The translations under genes were made by a program, and so were the position numbers. Positions 8,803-19,298 of a stretch of 64,000 bases of DNA are shown here, in pieces. Below the pieces are notes generated by a model. It had not been told where the DNA came from, made no database searches, and worked only from the letters and a program-made list of their open reading frames with translations. The DNA is from Nitrospirales bacterium (GTDB taxonomy: Bacteria > Nitrospirota > Nitrospiria > Nitrospirales > UBA8639). The stretch spans positions 1,792,001 through 1,856,000 of the forward strand of contig OY729426.1 of NCBI GenBank assembly GCA_963422365.1, written 5' to 3'. Position 1 is the stretch's first letter; each line of letters starts with the position of its first letter.

Positions 8803-10104
8803 ATGAGCACGGCTGAAATCATTGCGGTCGGAACTGCTCTTTGGCGGACGGGTCGATACCAATTCCATTTTTCTGAGCGAGTTGCTGGCGGAGCAAGGGA
8901 TCGAAGTCCGGTTCACAAGTCCGTGGTAGGGGACGACATTGATGACATAGGTGTCGCCGTCACGAATGCAGCCAAACGAACGAAGCTCGTACTGATCACC
9001 GGCGGTCTCGGTCCGACTGTTGACGACGTCACCCGTGAAGCCGTGGCCAGAGTGACCGGAAATGCGTTGATGCCTCTGTCCCTAGGCCCTCGAATCCATC
9101 AAGATGCGCTTGCAATCAACAGGAAGGATCGTTTCTTGTGAAAACATCAGCGCCGGCAGGCGTTCCTGCCTAGGGGTTCTGTCCTCTGCCTCGAAATGCT
9201 GTTGGAATAGCGCCTGGCGTTGCCTTGAAGTGGAAGGCGCTGTCGAATCTGTTGCCTTCCCGGGTTCAGCCATGAAGTTCGTAGAATGGGGACGGAATCG
9301 CTCCTCCCGGTGCTTCGGCGAGAAGGACTTGTGTTGTCGGCCATTGAGACCAGGATGATTCATACCTTTGGGCTTCTCGATGCCGAGATCCATAATCGGA
9401 TAAGAGATCTCGTGCTTGCGTAAGCCCTTTTCATCTTGGCCTTCTGGCTTCTTCGCTCGGAGAGTCTCGGTGTCACTCAGACATGTCTGATCTGAGAAAA
9501 TTGAAAGAAAGAAGCCTAGAAAGGGGCATCACATTAAATCTAATTCATCACTTAATGTTTTAATGGATGACATTATCGGCGGAATAGGACAGCATGTCTT
9601 CTCCATCAATGGACAGACGATGGAAGAAGTGGTGGGGCAGCAGCTCCTGGCGCGAGGATTCACCATTGCCTTGGCTGAGAGCTGTACGGGCTGGCTTATT
9701 GCGCATCGCTTAACGAAAGTGGCTGGAAGTCCGGCATAGGTGAATCAGGGTGTGGTGTGTTACAGCAATCGTGCGAAAATCGAACTGCGCGGGGTTTCCG
9801 AATCGTCGCTGAGAAAATACGGGGCGGTGAGTGGCAGGTTGCCAAGGCCATGGCTCAGGGTATTCGAACGAGAAGTAAGGTGGATGTGGGTTTGAGCGTG
9901 ACGGGTATTGCCGGGCCACCAGGAGGCGGGACGGCACACAAGCCTGTCGGGCAGGTATATGTCGGGCTGGCCACATCGAAGAAATCCTGTACCAAAGAAT
10001 TCCAGTTTCATAGAGAGCGGGAAACGATTAAACTCCGGTCGTCACAAGGAGCGCTCGATGTTTTGCGGCGATGGTTGTGCAATGTTTCTCTTGACGAGGC
10101 CTAA
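8803..10104 (+). pseudogene. cinA: competence/damage-inducible protein CinA (NMN deamidase), multiply disrupted
   Basis: AEIIAVG, VVGDD and TGGLGPTVDDVTREA are N-terminal. ALAESCTG and TGIAGP..G...KPVG.VY are C-terminal. They lie in different frames with stops between them. Confidence 0.85.
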
Positions 10105-10677
10105 TGGGATTACGAACCTTTTTGGCAATTGATCTGCCTGCCTCCTTGCAATCGGCCATAGAGCAGAACATACAAATTGTGAAAAGAAAATTTTCAGGAA
10201 TATCGTGGAGTAAAACTGAAAATTTACATGTTAACTTGAACATTTATTGGTGAGACGACTGAAAGTCAAGTTGACCAGATTCGTCAGGTGGCGGAGCAGG
10301 CGGTTTCTAACATTTCCCCCTTTGTTATTGAACTCAATGGGTTTGGGGTGTTTCCGGATAACCGGTTGCCCCGTGTGTTGTGGATTGGTATCGATGGGGC
10401 CCTCGATGACCTGGCCACGTTGGCCGAGTGTGTCGGTTGTGCAGTGGTCCCTTTGGGGTTTCCTCAAGAGGACAGACCGTTTCGGCCTCATCTGACCGTG
10501 GCTCGCGTCAAAAGGGACCATCGTGAAGTCGGGCGAGCGCTGGATACCTTAGGCGTGTTCACGGCTCCCTTTCTCTGTGGGCAATTACCCGTTGAACGGG
10601 TTACCCTGTTTAAAAGCGATCTGCGACCAAGTGGCGCGGTCTATACAAAATTATGGGACATCTCCTTGGATGCGTGA
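10104..10677 (+). pseudogene. thpR: RNA 2',3'-cyclic phosphodiesterase (2'-5' RNA ligase), frameshifted
   Basis: MGLRTFLAIDLP...NLHVNL runs from 10104, with a +1 shift near 10240 into FIGET...PRVLW...FRPHLTVAR. The first HxT motif reads HVN. Confidence 0.8.
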
Positions 10678-10772
10678 AAGGGTTTGACTTTTCTTTGCGA
10701 AAGATGGTTGGCCTCATCTTGGGTTTTCAGTATGATAGAGACGTGATGGCGTTCTATTATTGAGGAGGCGTT

Positions 10773-11855
10773 ATGGGCGATCGAAATGCGGAAAATCAGG
10801 GGAAAATGAAAGCGTTGGGACTAGCCGTGACCCAAATTGAAAAGCAGTTTGGGAAAGGCTCGATCATGAAGCTGGGAAGTGGCGATGTGTCGGATGACGT
10901 TCAAGCCGTGTCCACAGGATCATTGTCCTTGGATTTAGCCTTGGGGGTCGGCGGGTTGCCGCGAGGGCGAGTGGTAGAAATTTTCGGTCCGGAATCCTCG
11001 GGGAAAACCACCTTGTGTCTTCATGTCATTGCGGAAACACAGAAAGTCGGCGGGTCTGCGGCGTTCATCGATGCGGAACATGCACTGGACGTTTCCTATT
11101 CGAAAAAGTTAGGGGTTCAAGTCGACGATCTGCTGGTGGCCCAACCGGACACCGGGGAACAAGCCTTAGAGATTACCGAGACGTTGGTCAGAAGTGGTGC
11201 GATTGATCTGGTGGTCGTGGACTCCGTCGCCGCCTTAGTGCCCCGTGCCGAAATCGAAGGTGAAATGGGTGATTCGCATATGGGGCTTCAAGCGCGCCTG
11301 ATGTCTCAAGCCCTCCGCAAATTGACGGGGGCCATTTCTAAATCCCTGACCACCGTGATCTTCATTAACCAGATTCGGATGAAAATCGGGGTGATGTTCG
11401 GCAATCCCGAGACCACGACCGGTGGAAATGCCTTAAAGTTTTATTCTTCGGTCCGTTTAGACATTCGGCGGATCGAGTCCATCAAAGAAGGACGAGAGGT
11501 GATGGGGAGTCGGGTCCGTGTCAAAGTGGTGAAAAACAAGACGGCGCCTCCTTTTAAGCAAGCCGAGTTTGACATCATGTTCGCCGAGGGTGTGTCCAAA
11601 GTCGGGGAGCTTGTCGACCTAGGGGTTGAAAAGAAAATCATTGATAAAGCCGGAGCGTGGTATTCGTTTCGTGAGGAGCGGTTAGGCCAGGGCCGTGAGG
11701 CGGTTAAAACTTTTCTAAGGGGTAACCCAGAGGCTGCCCGAGAAATTGAAACAAAGATTCGGGAGCAAGCCGGACTGGTTGCGATTTCGAAAGACACGGG
11801 TTCGGCTGAATCAGCAACAGAGAAGAAATCAGTTCCCACGCGGGGAAAAGCCTGA
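10773..11855 (+). CDS. recA: recombinase A
   Basis: [15 protein letters not shown] and [16 protein letters not shown]. Confidence 0.99.
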   Translation: MGDRNAENQGKMKALGLAVTQIEKQFGKGSIMKLGSGDVSDDVQAVSTGSLSLDLALGVGGLPRGRVVEIFGPESSGKTTLCLHVIAETQKVGGSAAFIDAEHALDVSYSKKLGVQVDDLLVAQPDTGEQALEITETLVRSGAIDLVVVDSVAALVPRAEIEGEMGDSHMGLQARLMSQALRKLTGAISKSLTTVIFINQIRMKIGVMFGNPETTTGGNALKFYSSVRLDIRRIESIKEGREVMGSRVRVKVVKNKTAPPFKQAEFDIMFAEGVSKVGELVDLGVEKKIIDKAGAWYSFREERLGQGREAVKTFLRGNPEAAREIETKIREQAGLVAISKDTGSAESATEKKSVPTRGKA

Positions 11856-11862
11856 AAATCGT

Positions 11863-11972
11863 GAAGCGTCATGCCTACAGGTGAAACGTGTTTCGGCGTT
11901 CGTCTTGCGCCTCTCGTATTTCGTTCTTTCGCACGATATGGGCAACGAGATACGAACAATGCATGAGGCTTC
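11863..11972. repeat. nested inverted-repeat intergenic element
   Basis: gaagcgtcatgc (11863) pairs with gcatgaggcttc (11961), and tcgtatttcgtt (11914) pairs with aacgagatacga (11944). Each pair is 11/12 complementary. Confidence 0.55.
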
Positions 11973-12016
11973 GCATCTGCCATTCATGATCATACGCAAA
12001 GGACCCTGCCCTCTCT

Positions 12017-14671
12017 ATGTCCCTGAGTGCCAATGAGCTTCGCCAGTCGTTTCTAGATTTTTTTCGTGCCGCCGACCATGCCGTCGTGCCCAGCGCTTCA
12101 CTGCTTCCTCAGGCCGACCCCACGCTCCTGTTTACGAATGCGGGCATGAATCAATTCAAACGAGTATTTCTGGGAGAAGAGCAGCGTTCTTATTCCCGAG
12201 CGGTCTCCGTTCAACGATGCATGCGAGCCGGGGGCAAGCACAATGATTTGGAAAACGTCGGGTATACTCGTCGCCATCATACGTTTTTTGAAATGCTTGG
12301 CAATTTCTCGTTCGGCGACTATTTCAAAAAAGACGCCATCCATTATAGCTGGGACTATCTGACGAAGACGCTGGGTCTGCCTGCCGTCCAATTATGGGTG
12401 ACGGTCTTTCAGGACGATGATGAAGCTTTTGAATTGTGGGAAAAACAGGTGGGCGTGCCCGCGGCCAGAATCGTTCGGCTCGGGTCGAAGGATAATTTTT
12501 GGCAAATGGGAGAAACGGGGCCCTGTGGTCCCTGTTCCGAAATTCATATCGATCAAGGCGCGGCCCTAGGATGTGGACAAGCTTCGTGTGCGGTGGGGTG
12601 CGATTGTGACCGGTATTTGGAAATTTGGAATCTCGTGTTCATGCAGTTTGATCGTGATGCCGAAGGCAATCTTCATCCACTCCCGAAACCCAGTATTGAC
12701 ACTGGGATGGGCCTTGAGCGGCTTGTGGCCGTGGTCCAGGGCGTAGACAGCAATTATGCGTCCGATCTGTTCATGCCGTTGCTCTCGCCGATCGCCGATC
12801 GTACGGGATGTCAGTACGGCAAAGCCGAAGCCTTTGACCGTTCCTTGCGGGTCATTGCCGATCATTTGCGGGCGATCACGTTTATGATTGCGGATGGGAT
12901 TCTTCCGTCGAACGAAGGCCGAGGATACGTACTGCGACGTATTTTACGGAGGGCCTCACGGCACGGCAGGCTTTTGGGCGTCATCGAGCCGTTTCTGTAT
13001 GAGTTGACCGACATGGTGGTAACCCAGATGCAAGGGGTTTATCCCGAGCTGACCCAAGCGGGTGAGGTGTTTCGTAAGGTCGTCGAAGGGGAAGAAGAAC
13101 GCTTTATCGGGACGTTGGATCAAGGGTTGCCTATCTTGAATCGTATGGTCAGTGAAGCCAAGGCCGAGATTCGTGAGTCGTTGGATGGCGAGAGCGTTTT
13201 TAAACTGTACGATACGTATGGCTTTCCATTGGATTTGATCGAAGACGCCGCTCGTGAACAGGGGTTGGTTGCCGATCTCGAAGGCTTTCAACATGCATTG
13301 GAGGCACAGCGTGATCGGGCACGTCAGGCAGCCGTCTTCGTGATGGAAGAAAAGCAGCCCCTTATTGTGGAGCTTGCGCAACGGCTTCGTCCGACGGAGT
13401 TCAGGGGATATCAGGTGCTTCAATCCGAGAGCGTGGTTCAGGCCATGCTCAAAGGGGACGCCTTGGCGGAAGAAGTCGTGGAAGGGGATAACGTGGAACT
13501 GGTCTTGGATGCAACCCCCTTCTATCCCGAAGGTGGCGGCCAGGTGGGGGATCAGGGCGCGTTGATAGGCAGGGAAGGTCGGATTCGCATTCAGGAAACC
13601 ACCAAGGTAGGCGGCAAGCTCTTTCTTCACAAAGGAAGGGTGGTGACCGGGCGTATTCGCAATGGCGAACCCCTGGCTGCAATGGTTGACTCAGTCACCC
13701 GCTCTGGTGCGGTTCGGAATCATACTGCTACGCATCTCCTTCATGCGGCTCTGCGCGAAGTGTTAGGCCCCCATGTGAAACAGTACGGCTCGCTGGTCGC
13801 CCCGAACCGGTTGCGTTTTGATTTTTCCTACTTCAAGCCGCTGGGCAACCGAGACCTTGAAGACATAGAATCGCTGGTCAATTTTCAAGTTTTAGGGAAC
13901 ACGTTCGTCCGGACTGACGTCATGGGTGTCCAGGAGGCGATTCACACCGGGGCCCTGGCATTTTTCGGGGACAGGTATGGTGAACGGGTGCGCGTGGTGG
14001 GTATCGGTGAGTTCAGCAAGGAACTGTGTGGAGGAACGCATTGCCGGCATACGGGAGAGATTGGCTCGTTCCGCATTCTCTCCGAAGGCGGGGTCGCGGC
14101 AGGGGTGCGGCGAATCGAAGCGCTGACCGGAACCGGGGCGTTGGAGCACGGGAAAAAGGTGGAATCCGATGTCAGGGCATTGGCGGAGTTATTGAAAAGC
14201 ACTTCCTCGGAAGTCGTCCCCAAAGCCCGAAAACTCGTCTCCTTGTTAAAAGAAAAGGAGCGGGAAGTCGAACAGCTCAAACTGAAACTGCTGGATCAGA
14301 ACGCCGGTAAAGAGGATGCCCGGATTCGAGAGATTCAAGGCATTCACGTTCACGTTCAGGCGGCTCAGGGTTTGTCCATGCAGGAACTTCGGCTGCTTTC
14401 CGACAAAGTGCGGAACAGGGTCACCAAGGGCGTAATGGCGTTAGGCTCGGTGGCGGCTGGGAAGGCGTCGTTATTGGTGATCGTGTCTCCCGACTTGACC
14501 CACAGATTGCAGGCAGGAGAGTTGATCAAGGAAATGGCTCGTGAAATCGGGGGATCGGGTGGAGGACGACCCGAAATGGCTCAAGCCGGCGGGAAGCATC
14601 CTGAAAAATTGGGTCAGGCCCTTGAAAAAGTTTTTCACTTGGTCGAAGCGCAGGTGTCAGGCCAGTTGTGA
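12017..14671 (+). CDS. alaS: alanine--tRNA ligase
   Basis: LLFTNAGMNQFK, HHTFFEMLGNFSFGDYFK, NHTATHLLH, ELCGGTH and GGGRPEMAQAGG. Confidence 0.99.
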   Translation: MSLSANELRQSFLDFFRAADHAVVPSASLLPQADPTLLFTNAGMNQFKRVFLGEEQRSYSRAVSVQRCMRAGGKHNDLENVGYTRRHHTFFEMLGNFSFGDYFKKDAIHYSWDYLTKTLGLPAVQLWVTVFQDDDEAFELWEKQVGVPAARIVRLGSKDNFWQMGETGPCGPCSEIHIDQGAALGCGQASCAVGCDCDRYLEIWNLVFMQFDRDAEGNLHPLPKPSIDTGMGLERLVAVVQGVDSNYASDLFMPLLSPIADRTGCQYGKAEAFDRSLRVIADHLRAITFMIADGILPSNEGRGYVLRRILRRASRHGRLLGVIEPFLYELTDMVVTQMQGVYPELTQAGEVFRKVVEGEEERFIGTLDQGLPILNRMVSEAKAEIRESLDGESVFKLYDTYGFPLDLIEDAAREQGLVADLEGFQHALEAQRDRARQAAVFVMEEKQPLIVELAQRLRPTEFRGYQVLQSESVVQAMLKGDALAEEVVEGDNVELVLDATPFYPEGGGQVGDQGALIGREGRIRIQETTKVGGKLFLHKGRVVTGRIRNGEPLAAMVDSVTRSGAVRNHTATHLLHAALREVLGPHVKQYGSLVAPNRLRFDFSYFKPLGNRDLEDIESLVNFQVLGNTFVRTDVMGVQEAIHTGALAFFGDRYGERVRVVGIGEFSKELCGGTHCRHTGEIGSFRILSEGGVAAGVRRIEALTGTGALEHGKKVESDVRALAELLKSTSSEVVPKARKLVSLLKEKEREVEQLKLKLLDQNAGKEDARIREIQGIHVHVQAAQGLSMQELRLLSDKVRNRVTKGVMALGSVAAGKASLLVIVSPDLTHRLQAGELIKEMAREIGGSGGGRPEMAQAGGKHPEKLGQALEKVFHLVEAQVSGQL

Positions 14672-14777
14672 GTTCGCACATCGTTTCTCCCGTATGCTTC
14701 ATGAACTGAAATAACCCCGATCCCTCCTATTGAACAGAGCTTGTGACGGTCGGCGTGATCTCCCCGTTGAGTCATCC

Positions 14778-15785
14778 ATGGTTAAAAAGGGCTTCATCAT
14801 CATCTCGGGCTTACTCCTCCTGGGGGTTGGTGCAGGCTTCGTGTTGTTGAGTCACCTGCAACCCGTTGGCAACCCCTCCCAAGTCACTGTTTTGGATATT
14901 TCCGAAGGGACGTCCTTTTCCGAAGTGGCACAGCAGCTTCGTCAGCATAATCTCGTGAAGAGCGATTGGGCGTTTGCGTGGATGGGCCGTCTCGTCGGAT
15001 CGGATCGAAAAATCATTCCTGGGGAATATGAATTTCATGGAGGCATGGAGCCCTCGGCTATTCTGAGAAAGCTCACCAAAGGTGAGGTGATCCAGTATGC
15101 GGTCACGATTCCCGAAGGCTTTTCAGTGAGGCAGATTGCCGATTTGTTGCAGGAGCAACGCTTGGCCGATCGTGATGTGTTTCTCCGATTCACCAAGGAT
15201 CCGGTCTTTATTCAAACGCTGTCGCTGTCCGTCGATGAACTGGAAGGCTATCTTTTCCCCGATACCTATCAGTTCGCCCGCCACATGGAACCGGAACGGT
15301 TGATTGCGACGATGGTGTCCCGGTTCAAGCAAGCCATGACAACGGAATACCAAGAGCGGGGTCTGGAATTGGGTCTGTCCATGCATCAAGTCGTGACCTT
15401 GGCGTCGGTGGTCGAAAAAGAAACGGCTCACCCCGATGAACGCACCTTGATTTCCGGAGTGTTTCATAATCGACTGCGAAGAAAAATCCCGCTGCAAAGT
15501 GATCCGACGGTCATTTATGCCTTGAATGAATTTAACGGCAATCTTCGCAAAAATGATTTGTTGATCAACAGTCCGTACAATACGTATCGTGTCCTCGGGT
15601 TGCCCCCTGGTCCGATTGCTAATCCGGGGAGCGCGGCTCTCCATGCGGCCCTCTATCCTGCGCCGACCGAGTATCTGTATTTTGTCTCTCGCAATGACGG
15701 GAGCCATGAGTTCTCAACGACGCTTGCCGAGCATAATCACGCCGTGAGGAAGTATCAGTTGCGTCGGCATCGTCGTTCCTCGTAA
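14778..15785 (+). CDS. mltG: endolytic transglycosylase MltG
   Basis: N-terminal TM helix, LEGYLFPDTY, LASVVEKE, LQSDPT and SPYNTY...GLPPGPIANPG. Confidence 0.95.
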   Translation: MVKKGFIIISGLLLLGVGAGFVLLSHLQPVGNPSQVTVLDISEGTSFSEVAQQLRQHNLVKSDWAFAWMGRLVGSDRKIIPGEYEFHGGMEPSAILRKLTKGEVIQYAVTIPEGFSVRQIADLLQEQRLADRDVFLRFTKDPVFIQTLSLSVDELEGYLFPDTYQFARHMEPERLIATMVSRFKQAMTTEYQERGLELGLSMHQVVTLASVVEKETAHPDERTLISGVFHNRLRRKIPLQSDPTVIYALNEFNGNLRKNDLLINSPYNTYRVLGLPPGPIANPGSAALHAALYPAPTEYLYFVSRNDGSHEFSTTLAEHNHAVRKYQLRRHRRSS

Positions 15786-15798
15786 TCTCCCCCGTACC

Positions 15799-16269
15799 AT
15801 GTCTTTTGAGCAACGCGTAACAACCCTAGGCTTGACTCTGCCCACGCCTCCCACGCCCGTGGCCACGTATGTGTCCTCCGTTCAGGTCGGCGACCTGCTC
15901 TTTATCAGTGGCGTGGTTCCCAGTCGTGACGGGCAAATTATTTTTCAAGGAAAGGTGGGGCGCGATCTCTCCAAAGAAGAAGGCTATGAAGCAGCAAAGG
16001 TGTCGTTGCTCAATGCGCTGGCCAATATCCGTCAGGCTGCAGACTCTCTCGATCAGGTGAAACGAATCGTCAAAATGACAGGATACGTGGCCTCTCATGA
16101 AGGGTTTGGGGAGCAACCCTACGTGATCAACGGAGCATCGGATTTACTGGTGGCAATATTCGGCGAGGCAGGACGCCACGCACGAGTGGCCGTGGGCGTG
16201 GCGGAATTGCCTTTGGGCGTCCCCGTCGAGCTTGAGTTGATTGTCAGACTTTTGCCCAATGACTCGTAG
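15799..16269 (+). CDS. RidA/YjgF family protein
   Basis: NGASDLLVAIFGEAGRHARVAVGVAELP. Confidence 0.9.
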   Translation: MSFEQRVTTLGLTLPTPPTPVATYVSSVQVGDLLFISGVVPSRDGQIIFQGKVGRDLSKEEGYEAAKVSLLNALANIRQAADSLDQVKRIVKMTGYVASHEGFGEQPYVINGASDLLVAIFGEAGRHARVAVGVAELPLGVPVELELIVRLLPNDS

Positions 16270-16287
16270 GCTGCTGCTTGAGAGAAG

Positions 16288-16551
16288 AATGACAACGAAC
16301 ATGCGATGGGTTCTCCCGATCTTCATGATTTTCATGGTCTGTGTGATCGTATCGAACCCTGCCTTGGCGAAGGTGAATTATTGACCGACACGACGGTGTT
16401 TCCCGCCATTCGAATGGCCAACACGATTTATGTGGAGGTGCAGACTTCTACCTGGAAGACGCGCGGAAGACTGTTGTGGGATGCGGAAGCGATTGAAGTC
16501 AGAAACGCTGCGTCCGCAACGATTTCCCGGTTGACCGCCGCCTTGCTGTAA
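16288..16551 (+). pseudogene. truncated and frameshifted exported protein remnant
   Basis: A signal-peptide-like MRWVLPIFMIFMVCVIVSNPALA stops almost at once. A protein-like continuation in another frame ends just before the OMP promoter. Confidence 0.4.
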
Positions 16552-16564
16552 CCAGTGCCGCCGG

Positions 16565-16593
16565 TTGACTGTAAAAAAATGACCTGTTATAGA
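16565..16593 (+). promoter_or_regulatory. sigma70-type promoter of second OMP gene
   Basis: TTGACT-N17-TATAGA with a TGn extended -10. Confidence 0.55.
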
Positions 16594-16664
16594 TTCATTT
16601 TTGCTTATGAAGCATCGTGTTTTTTGAGGAAAAGCGTGAGGAGAGGAAAAGGAGGCGTGACGTG

Positions 16665-17609
16665 ATGCGAAAATTCTTGCTCGTATCGTTAATGACGGCT
16701 TTGGTGGTCTTTTCCGGCCAGGCATGGGCCAAGGACGGATGGTACATGGGCATGGATTTGGGTGTGGCGATCGCTCCGGGCCTTGATGTATCGGCCAGGG
16801 ACAATGATTATGGTACCGTATGCGACAAGATCATCAATCCTGATGGTTATCAGGTGGGGAATGCTCCCCATCAAGATGCTTGCGACCCGTCTTCAGAGAG
16901 AGGGGATAAATGGACCGATGATTTTGACGGGGGTGTCGGGGTCCTGGCAGGGTTGGCCCTGGGATATCGCCTGGGAGACTTCAGGATCGAAGGGGAATAT
17001 CTGTATCGCGCCACCACCCATGATGACGAGTCCGAAACGGACCTATCCGGGGTCGATTTCACTAAAAAGAAGGAAGAGGAAGAAATGGAGGAGGTCATTA
17101 GCGTAGTCGATGATGTGTTGTCGCATAATTTTTTCGCCAACCTGTACTACGACTACAACACAGGTTCGAAATTTACACCGTACGTGGGGGTTGGCGTAGG
17201 GGTTGCTCGGGTGTCGCTGGATTACCTTAATCGATTTAAGCGGAATGATGACCCAGACGTCATTAAGACGTTTAAAAATCCAGACGGTAGTTCATGTGAT
17301 ACTCAAGATTGCCTGGCCCTGAACAGCAGGCTCGCCGGTACGACGAGCATCGCCAGGGCCAAGCTCTCGGATACGCTGTTTGGGTATCAGGTGCTTGCCG
17401 GCGTGGATTATCGGGTCAGTGAGCCGGTCACCGTCGGGCTCAAGTTCCGGTGGGCGGATTTCGGTGAATTCGAGAGTGATCCAAGAGAAGGGGATCAACT
17501 CCGCAGTCACGACGCCACCAATAACCGTGGCGATCGGGTGCGGTACAATGTGACGACGGAGGATATTCAATTCTGGGGCGTCAGCCTCAACATGAAGTAT
17601 CAGTTCTGA
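16665..17609 (+). CDS. outer membrane beta-barrel protein (opacity/Msp4-P44-like), copy 2
   Basis: Signal peptide, FRIEGEY, FTPYVGVGVG, QVLAGVDY and C-terminal LNMKYQF. Paralog of 7701-8678. Confidence 0.85.
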   Translation: MRKFLLVSLMTALVVFSGQAWAKDGWYMGMDLGVAIAPGLDVSARDNDYGTVCDKIINPDGYQVGNAPHQDACDPSSERGDKWTDDFDGGVGVLAGLALGYRLGDFRIEGEYLYRATTHDDESETDLSGVDFTKKKEEEEMEEVISVVDDVLSHNFFANLYYDYNTGSKFTPYVGVGVGVARVSLDYLNRFKRNDDPDVIKTFKNPDGSSCDTQDCLALNSRLAGTTSIARAKLSDTLFGYQVLAGVDYRVSEPVTVGLKFRWADFGEFESDPREGDQLRSHDATNNRGDRVRYNVTTEDIQFWGVSLNMKYQF

Positions 17610-17647
17610 TTGGTAACCATGGAAAGGGTAGAAAGGGCATTCCCGAT

Positions 17648-19285
17648 ATGAGATACGTGTCTCTTGCTTTGCTGTTCGTTTTTGGAGTGGCTTCGTTCGC
17701 TCAGGCTGAATTGTTTCCGGACGCAGGGCCTCCGGGAGCCACGGTGACGATTGGAGGTGCCGAATTCGGAGAATTCGTTTCGACGGCGGAGAATCGGGTG
17801 GAATTCAACAGAGTGCCAGCGTTGATTCAATTATGGGAGCCAGACCTGGTGATGGTCAAAGTACCGCTGGAAGCGAAGAGTGGCGATGTCACGGTGTCAG
17901 GCCTTCAAGGGACAACGGTCGCAGGCCGGTTTTCCATTCAACAGGTGAAGATTACCAAGCTGGTTCCGCCGGAGGCGGAGCCTGGATCAGTGCTCACGAT
18001 CGAGGGCGAGAATTTTGGCAATACGGCAGGGTCTCGTGATCCCAATACCATGTTCGGGGTGAACCGTGTGGTGATCAACGGCATTCTGGCGGAAGTCCGA
18101 AAGTGGCGACCTTCGAAAATCGCGGTCAAAATTCCGGCCAATGCCAAGTCCGGTGACGTGGTTGTGCAACTCGCCTCCTCCGACCCGCTGCCGGATGGAT
18201 CTTGCTGTGCACCAGTCGAATATTTTGAAAGCAATCCCATGCCGGTTTCCCTTATTCCCACGATCTCCTTTTCTCCGGCAAAGGGTCCCATCGGAACCAA
18301 GATCGTGCTGAGCGGGCAACAATTTGGCGATACCCAAGGGCCTCATGATGCGATTTATATCGGAGATACATTGGTGACGATCTCAAAATGGTCTCCACGC
18401 ACCATTGTGGCCCACGTGCCGTTACATGCCGCAAGCGGTCCTGTCACGTTTCAACAGCATGATCGCACGAGAAAGTTGGGGCATTTTGAGGTGGTTGAAC
18501 CCCGATTCGAACGATGGTTTCCCGCTCAGGGGCCCATCGGAACCTTAGTCTACATTAAAGGGAAAAATTTCGGCGTGTTCTCCGAATCGGGGAGTACGGC
18601 TTATGCCTTTGATTTCAATCCAGGCCAAAACCTGGTGGAAATCGGCGGAGTGCCCGCGATTATTCACCGATGGCAGGACGATGAAATCAATGTGTGGGTG
18701 CCCTATAGTGCTCAGTCCGGCCCCATTGTGGTGAAGCGGGGGGCCACGATTCCTAAGCCTGATGGGACCTGTTGTCAGGAACAGGACGTGATGGCCTTCG
18801 AGGTCGGCTCGTTTACCGTGACGACACCGAAGGTGACATCCTATTCGCCGACTGAAGCCGGGATAGATGAAATCGTGACCTTGCAAGGTGAAGGGTTCGG
18901 CGAATTTCTGAAAATCGCGGAGGCCACGCGTTTGGAATTGAATACCGAAGCGCATGATTGGAAAAACTATCGCTTGGGGCCAGACGTCTCACGAACGGAA
19001 GTGTTGGTGAATGGGGTCGCGGCCGTTGTGGTCTCCTGGACGGATAAGGAAATCAAAGTTCAAGTACCCCGGCGTCATGTATTTGGGTTCGGGCATCCCG
19101 AAGGGTTCTACGTAGATCCCACCAAAGGAGAAATCGTCGTGCGTCGTGGGTCGTGGGATTTGCTCAAAAATGGTCGGTGTTGTTCCCGGAAGCAGTGGCT
19201 GAGTGCCGTGGCAGGCGAATTCAAGATTCTCTCACGAGGATTGCCGCACAAAGAATTTTTCCATGATTACACGCAAGACAACTAA
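17648..19285 (+). CDS. secreted multi-IPT/TIG domain protein
   Basis: Signal peptide and five repeats of P..G..G..vtI.G..FG...W....I.V.VP. Confidence 0.85.
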   Translation: MRYVSLALLFVFGVASFAQAELFPDAGPPGATVTIGGAEFGEFVSTAENRVEFNRVPALIQLWEPDLVMVKVPLEAKSGDVTVSGLQGTTVAGRFSIQQVKITKLVPPEAEPGSVLTIEGENFGNTAGSRDPNTMFGVNRVVINGILAEVRKWRPSKIAVKIPANAKSGDVVVQLASSDPLPDGSCCAPVEYFESNPMPVSLIPTISFSPAKGPIGTKIVLSGQQFGDTQGPHDAIYIGDTLVTISKWSPRTIVAHVPLHAASGPVTFQQHDRTRKLGHFEVVEPRFERWFPAQGPIGTLVYIKGKNFGVFSESGSTAYAFDFNPGQNLVEIGGVPAIIHRWQDDEINVWVPYSAQSGPIVVKRGATIPKPDGTCCQEQDVMAFEVGSFTVTTPKVTSYSPTEAGIDEIVTLQGEGFGEFLKIAEATRLELNTEAHDWKNYRLGPDVSRTEVLVNGVAAVVVSWTDKEIKVQVPRRHVFGFGHPEGFYVDPTKGEIVVRRGSWDLLKNGRCCSRKQWLSAVAGEFKILSRGLPHKEFFHDYTQDN

Positions 19286-19298
19286 CCCATTGCCTATC

